This document shows, piece after piece, positions 35,067-52,692 of a DNA stretch of 64,000 nt. A model generated the notes under the pieces. It was not told the origin of the DNA and searched no databases. It worked only from the letters and a program-made list of their open reading frames with translations. The stretch lies in the NCBI GenBank assembly GCA_010909165.1, contig VJWM01000192.1, positions 186,001 to 250,000 on the forward strand, in the 5' to 3' direction. Both the position numbers and the translations under genes were made by a program. Within the stretch, counting starts at the first letter, position 1; every line of letters begins with the position of its first letter. Source of the stretch: Anthoceros angustus (taxonomy: Eukaryota > Plantae > Anthocerotophyta).

Positions 35067-36159
35067 TAAGGTTGGGCCCTCCAACTTTCATGTACCTATA
35101 CGCCGCTATGTATGGATGTATGTACATATGTATGTGCATAGAGGGGAAGGTTGTGCAAATGGAGTTGAAGTTTGTGCACAAGACACAAGTGGGGGGGAGA
35201 TAAGGAGGTGAGTCAGACATGGGTTTGTGGTCGGGGCGGGCCAGGCGTTACACGGCTTGTTGGGTTCGACCCTCTTCGCGTCCGCCTGCTGCTCCCCCTC
35301 CGGCAGACAGTCCGAGTACCGTCCCACTTCCCTGCTTTTGTTTTCCCTCCGCTTAGGAGACACGGCTCGACTCGCGCTGTTGTTGAGCCGTGTTTTTTTG
35401 GTTGTGTCTCGACTCGAGTGGGACGAGCGAGGGGCGAGGGCCGAGGGGCGAAGAAAGAGGAGAGAGAAAACAGACCGGGGGCGGGAGCGGAAGGGGCCAG
35501 GGGCCGGAGGCAAGGGTGGGGGCAAGAGAGAGGAGAGGAGAGGAGAGAAGAGAGGTGTGCCTGGCTGCCTGCTGCCCGCCTGCCTGCTGCTGCCTGCCTG
35601 CCTGCTGCTACTGCTGCTGCGGGCCGAGCGATCCCTTCCTTCCCTCTTTTCCTGCCTGCTGCTGCCTTCCTCGCTGCTGCTGCTGCTGCCGCTGAGGTGC
35701 GTGCTCCCCAGCCCTCTCTCTCGCCTCGCCCTTGCCCGCCCAGCGGAGCCGGCGAGTGACAGTCTACAGACATTCCAGCCATAGCCATAGAGTATCCCTG
35801 CCCGCTGCAGCCTGGCAAGCAGGCAAGCAGGCAAGCCAACACCACCTTCCCTCTACCAACATTTGCCCTCGCTTCCCGGGCGGCTGCTCCTGCTCCTGCT
35901 CCTGCCCCTGCCCCTGCCCCTCCTTTCCGCCTCCTCCTCCTCCTCTTCTCCTCGCCCAGCTCGATCAGCCGCCGCCGCCGCCGCCGCCGCCACCCCAGCT
36001 GGCTGGCGGCAGGGCTGCCCCAGCCCCAGCCCGAGCCTGGGCTCCCCGGCCAGAATGTAGCGGCCCCGAAAGCGGACCAGGACCTGCTCGGCCGTACAGC
36101 TATGGGGCAATTCACTGCTGCTGCGTCTGCCCCGCTCTGAGGATCCAGCCTGCCCACCC

Positions 36160-39100
36160 ATGTTCCCGGCTCCACCGATGAGGAATCCTGCTCCCGTATA
36201 CACAACACAACAGCAGCCAATGGAAGGTACTCCTCCGTCTTCTCCTCTTCTTGCTTGGGCCTCGGCCTCACTGCCTGCTGCTGCTCTTGCTCCCTGGGAG
36301 CAGGAGCAGGAGCAGCCCCATGCCGCATGCATGTATGGGTCCGTAACCCCCTGCCATCCCCGCGATCGACCGGGTCGGGTGGCGTGCCATCCCTTGGGCA
36401 CGCGCGCTCATGATGCAAGTCCTTGCTCTTGTGACAGGGGAGCGACGGAGCCTGAACCCGGAGCTCTGGCACGCTTGTGCTGGCCCTTTGGTATCGCTAC
36501 CTGCGGTCGGGACTCCCGTCGTCTACTTCCCGCAAGGCCACACGGAACAGGTATAATATGCACATGGTGCGGGGCTCACGGGCTTGCTCCTACTAGGTCG
36601 TCAGCCATGACGTTGCTTTGCACCTTCTACTGCTTCTACTACTACTAGAGATGATGCCGCTGCTTGTCGCTTAAGCCAATGCTTTGCTGGCTGCAGGTAG
36701 CCGCGTCTACTCAAAAGGAAAGCGATGCAAATGCCCTTAACTACCCCAACCCCAACTTGCGTTCATGCCTCACTTGCCAACTGCACAACGTCACCCTTCA
36801 CGTAAGGAGCCCCATGCCCTTGACTCTCGCTGGCATTCCAGGTGCTGGTGAAGAAGCGCCTTGTGCTTACCAGCCATGTTGTACAACGTTTGCAGGCAGA
36901 TACGGAGACCGATGAGGTGTATGCTCAGATGACTTTACAACCTTTGACCGGGGTAATGCAAGTCACTCCTTTCCATGCTTTGCGTGGCTTCCGATCGTGC
37001 CGAACTGTAGTTGTGGGTTGGAAGCGCCTCCGCATGGGTTCTCATTGCTCCCCACTTTTTCCACCGCGTTTGCCTCAGCTGCAGGAGAAAGAACCCCCTC
37101 TCTTGATCACCGATTTGGGAAAGCCGAATAGACAGCCCACGGACTTTTTCTGCAAGACTTTGACGGCCAGTGACACGAGTACTCATGGTGGTTTTTCAAT
37201 CCCAAGAAAGTCTGCAGAAAAAGTTTTCCCTCCACTGGTATGTCTGTGTTGGTTGTGTGCTATCAACTGCGTGCCATCTGGGTAGCCTTCAAATCTCACG
37301 ACGATTTCTTGTCTTGGTTGTTAGGATTACACTCAAGCGCCTCCTGCTCAGGAGCTTGCGGCCAGAGATCTTCATGATCAGGAATGGACTTTCCGTCATA
37401 TATACCGAGGTACAGTGCCCGGAATGTCCCCTCAGCTCACTTCACGTGTCCAGTGGTTGCCCAGTATGCTGAGGCAGTTGGTTGATCCTCAGGCCAGCCG
37501 CGCAGACATCTCCTTACTACGGGTTGGAGTGTTTTTGTGAGTGCTAAGCGATTACAAGCAGGTGATGCTGTTCTCTTCATCAGGTATCTATCTGACAGCT
37601 ACCGGCAGAGTGCAAGTGTTGTCCCCATGGATTTGGCTTCTTTGCTGTCCACTCCTCTTCAGAATTCTGACGACCTCGAGTCCTTGGTTACAGGGATGAA
37701 AAGGGCCAATTGTTGCTGGGCATTAGGCGTGCTAACAGGCAGCAAGCGCCCATACCCTCATCGGTCCTCTCCAGTGACAGCATGCATATTGGGGTGCTGG
37801 GTGCGGCGGCTCATGCTGCTGCAACAAACAGCCGTTTCACTGTATTTTACAATCCACGGTCAGACGTCACCATTTTGCTCACTTAGTTTCATGTGTCATG
37901 AAGTTGAGAAGTTGGTTGCTGTAGGAACTGACATTGTTAACATCTGTGCTGTGTAGGGCGAGTCCCTCGGAGTTTGTGATACCATTTGCAAAGTACCAAA
38001 AAGCTGCTCATGAGATGCAACTGTCTGTTGGCATGCGATTCCGCATGGTTTTTGAGACGGAGGATTCCAATGTGAGAAGGTACATGTCTGACCGTGAATA
38101 CCAGTCTACAGCATACCACAGCTAGTATGCACATGCATCGTGGCTGTCTACTTTTTCTTACATGGTGTCCTGCCCTGTAGACACATGGGAACAATTACGG
38201 GCATTGGGGATCTGGACCCTGTAAGGTGGCCAGATTCCATGTGGCGAGCCTTGAAGGTAAAGACTATTTGTGGTTCCACTTCGGTTTTTGGGAACTAGAC
38301 GTAGTTTCCACACTGTCTGTGCTGGCATCTCATGCTTGTGCAGTTGCCTTGCACATCGTTTGGGAAATGTCTCTGATGTCCGGTTGTTTAACCCATGATG
38401 TTGCAGGTTGGTTGGGACGAGTCTACAGCAGGTGACCGCCAGCCACGGGTTTCGGCATGGGAAATCGAACCCCTGACAACGCCTTTCATGCTTTGCCCAC
38501 CACCATCAAATTTGCCTGTGAGGCCCAAGCGCGCTCGACCTTCACGAGGTCAGGGGCTTTCTGCACTGACTGGTACTTCCCTAGTCTCTGTTCTGCATTT
38601 TGTTTAATTCACAGAAGCACATGCATTGATGCCATAGTGCCAGCAATGCATGTGCTTGATTACGGCATAACACAATGTTTGTGCTTATCTATTGGTGGGA
38701 GTTGCATACTTGTGTGTGGATTTCTGAAGTGTTTTTTCCATCAACTGCTTGTTCATGTTGTGGTTTAGGGGAGGACGAGGACATGGATGGAGTCTTGAGA
38801 AGGTCCCCAATATGGTTACGGAATGAAGATGGTGATAGGGATAGTCTGCGGGGTTTAAACTTTCGAGCTATGGGAAGCATGGGGGATCACTGGGCTCGGA
38901 TGCAACAGCGTGGTGAATCAGTGCCGGTGCCACTGTCTGACAATTATAAAGCGCTAGCTGCATCTGCGCTTCAAGATACGATAGCTGCAACCAAGATAAT
39001 TCATCGACAGCCTCAACAGGTCCTTCAAACTCAGCCATTGCATTTCAGAATGCAATCCCCGCATATTCAGCAGCAGCAGCAGCAGCAGCATCACCAGCAA

Positions 39101-40544
39101 TCACAGCAGCAGCAACATCAACCCATGCAGCAGCTGGCAGATCCTACTGCACCGCTACTACAGCTTTCGTCGAGTAGGCCTCAATCACCACTTGCGTTGC
39201 CCACTATGAGGACACCTGCTGGCTTCTCGGATTCTGATTTGCAGCTTTCATCAGCCCCTACAACTTCAAGTCCTTACACGCTGCCTAGCATGCTGGGCAG
39301 ATTACAGCCAGGCTCACTACTTCCAGCTGATGAGGGTGCACAGTATGCAAGCATGTTGCGATCCAATCAGAGCCCACTGCAACAACCAACCGGGCTTATC
39401 TCAGGATCAAGCCTTGTGTCTCGAGATACACAGGTCACTCCTCCCTGGTTCACAGCTCTGAGGGAGCACAGCCAAGGAGAAGCACAGGGTATAAATTCGC
39501 GTCTTCCAAGAATAGACACATCCACAGGTGGTGTTGGCCCTTTTTCCATGTCTCAGGGTGAATCGTCTGCCCAGGCAGCCCTGGCTTCATTGCCTATGCT
39601 ACCCTCAACATCGTTTGGTTACAGAGAAACTCCTCAAGATCAAGAGCAAGTAACGTCAGATCCCAGGAGCCACTTGCTCTTCGGAGTTTCCATTGAGCCA
39701 GGTTTACTTGGGACCAACCCTGGATCCTCAAGAACGCCTCAGCACCGCTACCCTGGGGCAAGCATGCTGCCTGGGACGTACCCTTCCGCTTCTGGACCAG
39801 ATCTTCCCCTATCGAGTGCTGGGCTGATCTGCAGTTCTGGGATGGATGATAGCAGTCTACTACAACGGACTGCAAACTGGCCTCAAGTGCAGCCCCCTGT
39901 CAGAACATTTACGAAGGTGAGGGTTTTTTTCATGTCCCTCCTAGTTTCAACTATTGACTTGAGGTGTTTTCTGAAAGGGTCCTCTTGTATCAGGTGGTGA
40001 AGCTTGGATCTGTTGGAAGGTCTCTGGATATGACACGATTCAGCGGCTACCCTGAGCTCCGGAGCGAGCTTTCTCGCATGTTTGGGATGGAAGGTCAGCT
40101 TGAAGATTCTGCGCAGTCTGGTTGGGTACTGGTGTTTGTGGACATCGAAGGGGATATACTTCTTGTTGGGGATGATCCTTGGGAGTATGTTACCTCCACA
40201 TCCCTTAACTGTGTCTTGACTACCAATTTGTTTGTGCTCCAAATGGAGCCCTGTGTTTGCTTCACAAGTTTCTAGGTTGCGTATATGGCTTTTGGGCCCT
40301 ACATTTATTATTTCTTGTTGGTTGTGGCGATTGCAGTGAATTCGTTAGCTGTGTGAGGTCTATTCGCATATTATCACCACCAGAAGTTCAACAGATGCGA
40401 CAGGATGGCTTGGATCTGCTGACTCCTGTTCCACCAGTGCCACGTCAAACTAGTAGCTCCTCTGAAGACTGTGTTGCACGACAGCAGGACAGTAGGAATC
40501 AGGGTGCCTCAGCACCCACAGCGGCAGGATCTATGGAGCATTGA
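36160..40544 (+). CDS. ARF: Auxin response factor, class A (B3 DBD, Q-rich middle region, PB1), multi-exon
   Basis: Exons [71 protein letters not shown], poly-[31 protein letters not shown]; GT-AG introns. Confidence 0.96.
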
Positions 40545-41414
40545 TGGAGAATGGTGCGTGCAGTATTGTATGTGGCGGCTGTTTTATTTTGTTTTTGAGT
40601 ACGGAACTTTTTCCACCTGATGTGTCCAGGATTTCCTGCATGACCCTCAAAGCAGCTGACATGGATATACCACATTTCAGATTTAGTTCAGGAGTCTTGG
40701 TTCTTCATTGTTAAGAGCAGGCATGGTGGCATAAGGGCATACTGGTTCGTCAGCAAGGGGCATATTTGTGCAAGGCACAGAAGAAAGCTATGGGGGGGTT
40801 GTTCCGGAAGAGGATTTGAGGAAGACTGGGACCGGTTAATAAGTTGGCAATTGTTGGTTACCTGGGAACCAAATAGGCAGGAAGCAAAGCAATTCCTTCC
40901 TTGCTCCCTTGCTTCCTCGCCTCCGTCCTTCCTTGCTTCCTTCCTTCCATGAGGCTGTATGATAGCCTGGTGGATTTTCCAGGGAGCTGGGCATGGCAAA
41001 GGAATGGACTCGGTTGGGGGAATACACGTTCCATGAGACTCTAATAATAGTGCTTGGCCTTGTCGAAAGTTGCTCTAGCTGCAGGCTGTTGTAAATAGCT
41101 ACTTCCCATGGTTGGCTAATAGAGCCTCCTTTACTGGAGTGGTGGATGTTTGGGCCTGTCCTGAGGCTGGGCTGTGGCGGAGCCAAGTGAGTAGAGTAAG
41201 TTGATTTCCTTTTCACTTATTTCTCTCTCGCTTTCCTTCGTTCTTCCTATTTTCCTTTCGCACCGGAGTGGCGGAAGGGTGGAAGATGGGTTGCGGTAGA
41301 ATGCAAGGACCACTTGAGAGCCGGCGCACGGCGGGGCAAAATGGCAGTGTTAGAGGCCAAAAGTGAACACAAGAGTAACTTCAGGTTCCGTGCCTGGTGT
41401 GCTGGCATGGCGGC

Positions 41415-41446
<32 letters not shown>

Positions 41447-42125
41447 AGCTAACTCCTGAAACATTCTGTTGTGAAATATGGGAGTACAGGACATATGTAA
41501 GAGTTAGTGGGTATGTAGCTAGCGCTAGCTAGTTTCTTTCCGTTCCTTTGATCTCCTCTCTCTATTTCTGTCCTTTCCCCTTTCCTCTTTGTTCGTAATT
41601 GCAACCAACAAATTGTGTTGCTGCAACAGTGAAACGTGATGTTGCGTTTAGCGTGGTCTGCTCGAGTGAGACGAATCGTATGTTCCAAATTGGTTGCCTT
41701 TCTCCGTACATCCGTTATACTTAAATACATACACGCAAACCTGTTTACCTACACGAAATACGTATCTAACAATGCGCCGTTCATAGGTATGAAGTACCTA
41801 GCCAATCACACATTGGGGACTCTTGTGTGTCTGAATGGTAAGATCTGGTGTGGCTTTGCTTTGCTAGCTCGCTGGTCGCTGGCTGTGCTTGCTGGACTCG
41901 GCTAGCTGCCTGCCTGGCTGCCTGCCTGTGCCTGTTGGTTCCTTCTTCCCCCTTACCTTGCTTTCCCCTCTGCCTGGCTTTCCCGCTTCCTCTTCTCTCC
42001 CTTTCCCTTTTACATTCATTGCACACCCCACCCTCCCCTCCCGTTCTGCCTCTGCTTGCACCCCACCCATTTGCCGCATGCAGCCGATTTGATGGAGCGC
42101 CTCCCCTGGGGCTGCTAGCACAGCC

Positions 42126-45766
<3,641 letters not shown>

Positions 45767-46211
45767 CAGCGGCCCCTGTGACTGCTCTCCTTCATTATTC
45801 TGGAGCGAATATCACGCTCCTTCGTATGTACAGTTTTTTTTGGAAGAACGGACACGCTGGTGGTTTCAGATTTTGTTGATTTGGGTGTGTCGCTCTTACT
45901 CAGCCTGAGTGACTTTATTGATCTCGCTTCCTTTTTCTCTCCCAGGTCAACCGAACCGTTAGCAGCATGTTTTCGCGCATTGGATAAAATTATCTTGCTC
46001 CGCTTGTGTAATAGTGGCAATATCGTAGGACATTTTCAGTCGAAGAATTGTTACAATTACATAATTGGCTGCAAACCGCCCCCACGCGGTATGTACATGT
46101 GGTCCGCAGAGTCAGTTCATGTCACCAAGCCGAGACCTATTTACACTTAGAAAATACAAATCCACGCTGACGAATGCAGGGGATAGAAAAAAATATTGCC
46201 AGCAAAGGCGG

Positions 46212-48143
46212 TCAGTTGGCGCGGGCGAGCGTATTTGCCGGAAGGCGAAACCTGTGGATTCGTTGTTGAGCATCGAAGCTGACGCCACATCCCGAGGTTT
46301 TGCCAATGCGAACCTTGGGCAACAACATTCTAATGTCGATATCGGACAGAGTGATGCGTCTACTTCTTAGCCCGCAAACCCCTGCTGGGATCTCCACATT
46401 CTCGCATTCGGGAATCTCCTCCGCACGCAGAACTGTGGATAAATCTTGAATGTCACGTGAGGCGGATGTCCCTTGCTTCTTCTTCTTCGACGCAACCTGA
46501 CGGGGCATGACCTCAAATATAAAGCTCCCGCCGTTCCAGATGCATGCTGTCACTTTGAAACACTCGAACAGCATGTGGAATCGATACGACTTAAATATGG
46601 GAACTGTCAGAGCCAGAGTGGCGACTGTAAACAAGGCTTGCAGCAGTGCATACATAATACCCCGGTTGCCATCCCCTAGAAGTCCACTAAGCTTCCACCA
46701 AACATTGTTGGCTTTGGCTGCTTTTCTTGAAAGCTCCCTGCATAGAGCAACGAGCGAAGGAAAGTCAGTGCAAGTCAGGTGATCCACAACACCACAGCCT
46801 GCCAAGCTCTGTGAATATATACCTGAATGATGTCATCAACTCGGGATCATCTAGCAGTCTCTGACGTCGGAGACCATGCACGATAAGTATGTACAACATC
46901 TGCCACAGACCGTAAACAACAAGGGGCACAAATACTAGCCATGTCCAGAGGGCTTCATTATTGCCCAGATAGGGCCAAGCGGGCCAAGGCCCTGCGAACT
47001 CTCTGGAGTGATGAGAAAAGGTAATCGGATCCCACCACCGAATGATAAAGAAAACAGTTCCTGCAAAATGGACAACACACCATAGTCAGCGGAGTTGAAC
47101 GGCACACACCTGCCTGAGCCTCTTGCTCTCCGTCACCAACCACAATTAATTTGAAAACTACCGGGCAGCAGATGAATGAGGACGCTGACCACTTTGTCAA
47201 TGGAGCTAAACACGAGACTACATCTCCACACGATGAGAGCCCAGGCCAAGGGTCCCTGCAAGCCAAATGAAGCAATGCTGAATTCAGCTTTTCCCTCAAT
47301 AAGATGCTGGAGATGACAAAAGTTAGAAATGCATCATCAACAGTTATTACGAGGAGGAGTGAGCTTTTGCTGACCTCGGAGAAGGAAAAACAGACTAGAA
47401 ACAACTTGTCATTGTTTGGGAAGAACAGTAGCATGAACATGAATATTGCGTTTGCATAGTAACAGAAGTCCTGAGTACGGAGAGGACCACAAACAGTTTC
47501 AGCGCAGTGAAGACTGCAGGAGGTTTGCCGCAAGCACCTTAGCACTTAGGGAATCGGGGATAGAAGTAGAAGCACAAGGAGAAGCTCACCAGAAGGTAGT
47601 AGTGCCATTTCTTTATGCGGTAATAAATCCATCTAAGAGGTGCGACAATCAAAAAGAAGAAGCAATAAAGGTAGGGGATGTCATGAGGTCCTGACACGAA
47701 AACATGCTGTAAATAAACCTGCGTTACAACTGAAAGCGAGCTCGGTATGAAAGAGAAGTAAAGCTGATGCAAGCTGACTTACTAGAGCCTAGAAGGAAAC
47801 AAAACGAGCCAAACGCTCCGACTCCAAGGCAGTAAGTGACCTGCAGGAATAGCAGAGGACGAATTCAGCGTTCCATTACACGTTTCTGTGAACTCTCAGG
47901 GATGAAAGTGAATTGCTGTTCAGAGTCTCATACCTTGTTGATTAATCTCTCGTGCTCCTCGGCCTGCTGGGAGAGTTTTTCAGCATGCTGGCACCAAAGA
48001 GCTTTGGTCTTCAACACAATCTTCAAGAAGCCAGGGCGAGAACACGTTAGACATTGCCGTGTGGCATCATTTGCAAGGAAAGACAACGTGCATACCTTGA
48101 GCTTCGGAGGCATAGAGGAATCCAGAGGAGGAGCGGGCGCCAT
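46212..48143 (-). CDS. GPC1: Glycerophosphocholine acyltransferase (DUF2838), multi-exon
   Basis: [73 protein letters not shown]. Start codon inferred. Confidence 0.9.
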
Positions 48144-48682
48144 GGTACAGCGCGACCAGGCCTGCGGTCAGCAAAGCCTACAACAACGGGGGATATCGAC
48201 CGTGAGGCACATTCCCGATTCCTCTGTTGGATTCCGTTTCTCCTAGCAAGCACCTTGACCGTGCGAATTTGGATCCTCCTCAACTCGTCCGAATATTACG
48301 CCCCCGGCAGGTTGCGGGCAAAATCTCTTAACTAGATATGTGCGGAAACTCGCGAATTTAAGGTGGATACTGTACCATTTAATTTAAGGCCTATAGGCCT
48401 AGTGAGAATAGGAGGCACGCAAAGCCTGGAAGGAGAAGCTTGCCCAGTCGCATAGGGGCAAGCTTGCCCCGCATGGGTTGCCCTTGCTATAAAGAGGCAT
48501 TTAGGTAATGATTTTTTTTAGCCTTTTTTATAGGCCTGTAAATTAACTTGATAAAACGACTACGAAGACTGAAAGCTTTAGAGGCATCAAGCAAAGATCT
48601 TACTAAAATAACGAAATTAAAAAGTTTGTATATGAAGTCTTATCCTAAGTCTTTACATAAATGAGAATTAATACTTACAACA

Positions 48683-48805
48683 TCAAATAATCAAGACATA
48701 AATTTACTTATAGCGTCAAATAATCAAGACACAAATTTACTTATAGTGTCAAATAATCAAGACATAAATTTACTTATAGCGTCAAATAATCAAGATATAA
48801 ATTTC
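48683..48805. repeat. 33-bp AT-rich minisatellite, about 3.7 copies
   Basis: Unit tcaaataatcaagacataaatttacttatagcg. Confidence 0.92.
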
Positions 48806-49039
48806 TATCTTAAGTATTTTCATAGATAGGAGTGAACACTCTAAGTGATGAACATTTATTTAAAATATTATTACTTCACGCTTTGACATGCACTGTTAAA
48901 TCGTGAAAATATCCAACACAGCAGGCAACATGGCGCTCGGAGGTGACATGTTCATTCCTGCTATGGTGTGTTGGAACTGTAGAAATTGTAATTGTCTAAT
49001 TAACCCTAGGAGAGTCTTTGTGTCCATGGTTTTGATTTG

Positions 49040-49370
49040 AAGGTTTTTTCGAGAAATTAGAGACAATGCTGTATGAGGGAAAGACTAGCAAACGCATGCA
49101 ATACATGATCGAGGAAATTTTTAAGATCAGAAAAGCAAAATTTGAGGTAACGACAACCAATTGAGCGAATGATTGACTGAATGATCGATCAACTGTTTGT
49201 TTTAGTTTGAGTTATGTGTTGTTCACTCTCAAGGAGTGAAGAGCCTGAACCTTGTCTCGGAAGGAAATCAATAACCCACAAACTTCCTCTCAACGATGTC
49301 TTGAACCCGAAGACAGAACTAGATGTTTTTTGTTTTGACCCAGAGTTTGTTCAAAATGAGCTTCAACGAA
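49040..49370 (+). pseudogene. CWC22: Two-exon fragment of splicing factor CWC22
   Basis: FFEKLETMLYEGKTSKRMQYMIEEIFKIRKAKFE, a GT..AG intron, then ITHKLPLNDVLNPKTELDVFCFDPEFVQNE. Confidence 0.7.
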
Positions 49371-49849
49371 ATAGGGGGGAATCATAGAGAGAACAAGGGT
49401 ATCCTCATGCATGTAGGGACCTCATCAGATGAGGGGCATGCATAGGATCCCAAGGATGGGTTGGTTAATCATCTCAAGGACATTGTTAACGTTTTTGCTG
49501 TTGTGATAGCAACGGCGTCAGATTAGCATGCTTTTAAAGCTTTAAAGAAAAAAAATTAAAGAATCACATGAGGTAGACGATTGTGTTGACACTCTTTTAT
49601 GTGTTGTCACTCAAATTGTTGATTAATTTTGCTTTGTAGATAGAGATTTTGCATAGCCATGTTGATCAACTATCGCAAACACGAATCCTATTTGCTAGTA
49701 CTTGGATTCGTAAGTGAAGCATTTCGTTTCGTCGAACAACAATTATAAATCACGTTTCAATGATTGCTTTGAGGAGTGTCGGGCCTCAAAATGTGCAATA
49801 AGCGAGGGCAAAGCCGCTTCCACGACAGGAGGCATTGCTTTATCGTACT

Positions 49850-50182
49850 CAACTCATTCATAATAAGTTAGCTCACTCATTTCATGTTAGCTATCTCGGG
49901 TTAATTGATCAAAGGTTGAACGTGTCTACGCTCCACTTGACTCATTTTTAATTTAGACATACAACTCCAAGCAAAAAAACGAAGTAGTAAAGTTTGATCT
50001 ATAAAACCTTGGTGGACACAATCGGGTTAATTTATCATTATAAACTCACTCATGATAAGTGAGCTTACTCATTTCATACTAGGTTTATTTATCATAAGTT
50101 GAAACTTTCTAAGTTCCACTAGACTCCTTTTTAATTGAGGCATAGACAATTCCAAGAAAAAAACCAAAATAACGGTGGAGAT
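49850..50182. repeat. ~200-bp AT-rich unit, about 1.7 copies; related array at 52292-52692
   Basis: Shared motifs taaa.tttgat.tataaaa, actcactca, atcata.gttgaa, tttttaattt.g.ca(ta)gacaa; both arrays end caaaataacg..g.gatg. Confidence 0.75.
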
Positions 50183-52291
50183 GTCTATGAGATTGGCAGG
50201 TCCAATTCCCCCCCTTCCCTCTCTATGTTAGCATGATATTTGTAATAGGTTATAATAGGAAGAAACTTCCCCTATAGAAAAGAGCGCATAAGAAGATGAG
50301 ATGAAGGACCTGGATAGTATTTTGAGCAAAAAGACTTAAGAGTGGGGAGGTTGTGAATGTTTAATCCTGACCTCGATTTTTGTGCTGGAAGGTTGTGAAT
50401 GTTTAATCATGACCTCGATTTTTGTCCTGGAAGGTTATGAATGACCTCGATTTGTACAAGGAGCGGGAGCGGAATACGAAATTCTGGTAGGATGAAGAAG
50501 AGTTCAAGCAGCTCTCACAAGAAGACTCCAAAAAAACACGTAATGAGTTGTATGGAAATTCGAAGAGTCCAGTTTTGTAAATATGCTCAGGAAGAGCAGG
50601 ATCAAGAATTTAATGGAGAAAAAGGCTTAGGCGGGAACGAGGGCCAAGTTGAAACTTTTTAACCTTGAAAAGTGGACCACCGTGTCTGGATCCCTACTAC
50701 TTGAGGGGACTAATTTTAGAGATACACATGGGGACTTGGCAACAACCATTGGGTAAATGAATTTCAAGTTTGGATAGATCAAAGACCTAAAGGTGCATCA
50801 ATATGACAAGATCCGTGAGTCTGTCGGGGATGCAACAAAGGGGCTTCATGTAGATATGGAGAAGAGGGATTCTAACATAAAGGCACTACAGGAAAAGACA
50901 TATTCGCTGCACATGATTGCTGGGGTGGCGCAATCTAGCAGATCATGTTAAATATCTAACTAATGCTTGGGTTACATTGCTACCGCTTAGGTTAGCGAAT
51001 AGTTATAACCGTTTTAGTTTTAGTTCATATACTACTTGTTCTTTATGTTTTTAATCATTATGCACGCTTTGCCTTTGTAATCTGGTGTGTCTGAATCTTT
51101 GCACATGTTGATCACAAACTTCAACAGATCAGGTGCTTTTATGGAATAGTACTCAAAGCTATTGAATTTGAGTAAGCGAAGGACCACGAATTTGGAAGTC
51201 ATAAGGGTGATACGCCATACCGATTCAAGATTACTGGGGCTTGCGGAGGAGGATAGAGGTCATGAGGGAGACGTGCAGAACCTATTCGAGGGGCACAATG
51301 CATACAACCAGCGTCGAGAATATTGCTCAGCAGTGAGTATTTGTTGGGGCATCAGTTTCGAGTGGCAACAGCTGTACAATTTCGTGAAGCGTTTCAATGT
51401 ACACCATCTGTTGTCAAGAGCGGCGAACAGAAATTGGAATGCTACATGAAGGACTAGGTTGTTGGACATGGCATGTTTTTAGAATAATAGTCCTCTTACT
51501 TGACTGTAATCACCAAGTGTTATTTATTGCTGGTATTCGAGCAATATTGGGACGTGGACCACCGTGGATTCAATATGGCCACGCAACTCGACCGCTTTCC
51601 GTTACTTTGCTTCTCTTTACAAGAATAGTCAAGTGTAAGTTTTATCTTCCGAGAATAATGGTACGTTTTCTCAACTGAATCGTTTTAACATAGAAAATGT
51701 AGAGGCTGAAGATCATAAGTATATAGCAAGAGGTTTTTTGCCTGAAGTATTCTTACAAAAAATACAGATAAAAATTTGTGGCACACAATCGCAATATATA
51801 TTGTATTATGATGAAGGTGGAATTTGGTATGAGGACATGTATCAATATTTTCTTGTGGACCATAATGGCCAGCAACAATGACATGCATGGAGATACTAGT
51901 CTCGAACGTGGTTCGAGTCTCGGTACTAATTGCTGAACACATGGACCTAGATATGCGACTGGAGTGTTATGTGGAACGCTTGAAGACGATCAATGATACA
52001 ATTTTGATGCTTGTTATGGAGAACTTTCCTAAGAATCTGTTCTAACTGTATTGACCCTAAGAGAGTCCTAATTGTGTCTATTGTTTAAAGGTTCTTTTGA
52101 TAAATTCAAAACAAACAATGTCTAGAGCCATAGAGCCTTTTTTGTGCATGAATGGTGGATTTGGTTTTCCAGCACAATATTGACGAAATAAGACATGCAA
52201 CGTGACCTTAAAGTGCTTTTGTAGAGCTACCAATTTATACAAGCTCTCATACGTGTAAAAGCCCATGCCTAATAAACTCTTTTTCACGACA

Positions 52292-52692
52292 GTAAATTTT
52301 GATTTATAAAACTTTGGTTGGTACATTCCGGTTAATTTAACATGATTATAAACTCACTCAGAATTAGTTTGCTCACTCATTTTACCATGTAATTCATTTG
52401 GGTTAATTTTATCATAGGTTGAACGTTGGTAAGCTTCACCAGACCCATTTTTAATTTAGACATAGACAACTTTAAGAAGAGAAAAAAAGTACTAAATTTT
52501 GATTTATAAAATGTTGGTTGATATATTTGAGTTAATTTACCATAATTAAGTCACTCATCATAAGTCAATTTACTTAGTTCATGTTAGCTCACTTGGATTA
52601 ATTTATCATAGGTTGAACATGTCTAAATTCCAACTCATTTTTAATTTAGATAGAGACAGCTCCAAGCAAAAAAGCAAAATAACGATAGCGAT
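52292..52692. repeat. ~200-bp AT-rich unit, 2 copies
   Basis: taaattttgatttataaaa near 52294 and 52494. Confidence 0.8.

Noticed and set aside
35106-36472. Long ORFs on both strands (up to 419 aa)
   Set aside because: Low-complexity GC microsatellite leader of ARF; stop-poor by composition, no domains.
40975-41000. miR160-like sequence TGCCCAGCTCCCTGG on the minus strand
   Set aside because: Only 12 of the first 14 nt match, the 3' part diverges, and no star arm or hairpin was found.
51160-51470. Decayed coding-like stretch, possibly a transposase remnant
   Set aside because: No diagnostic motif in any frame.
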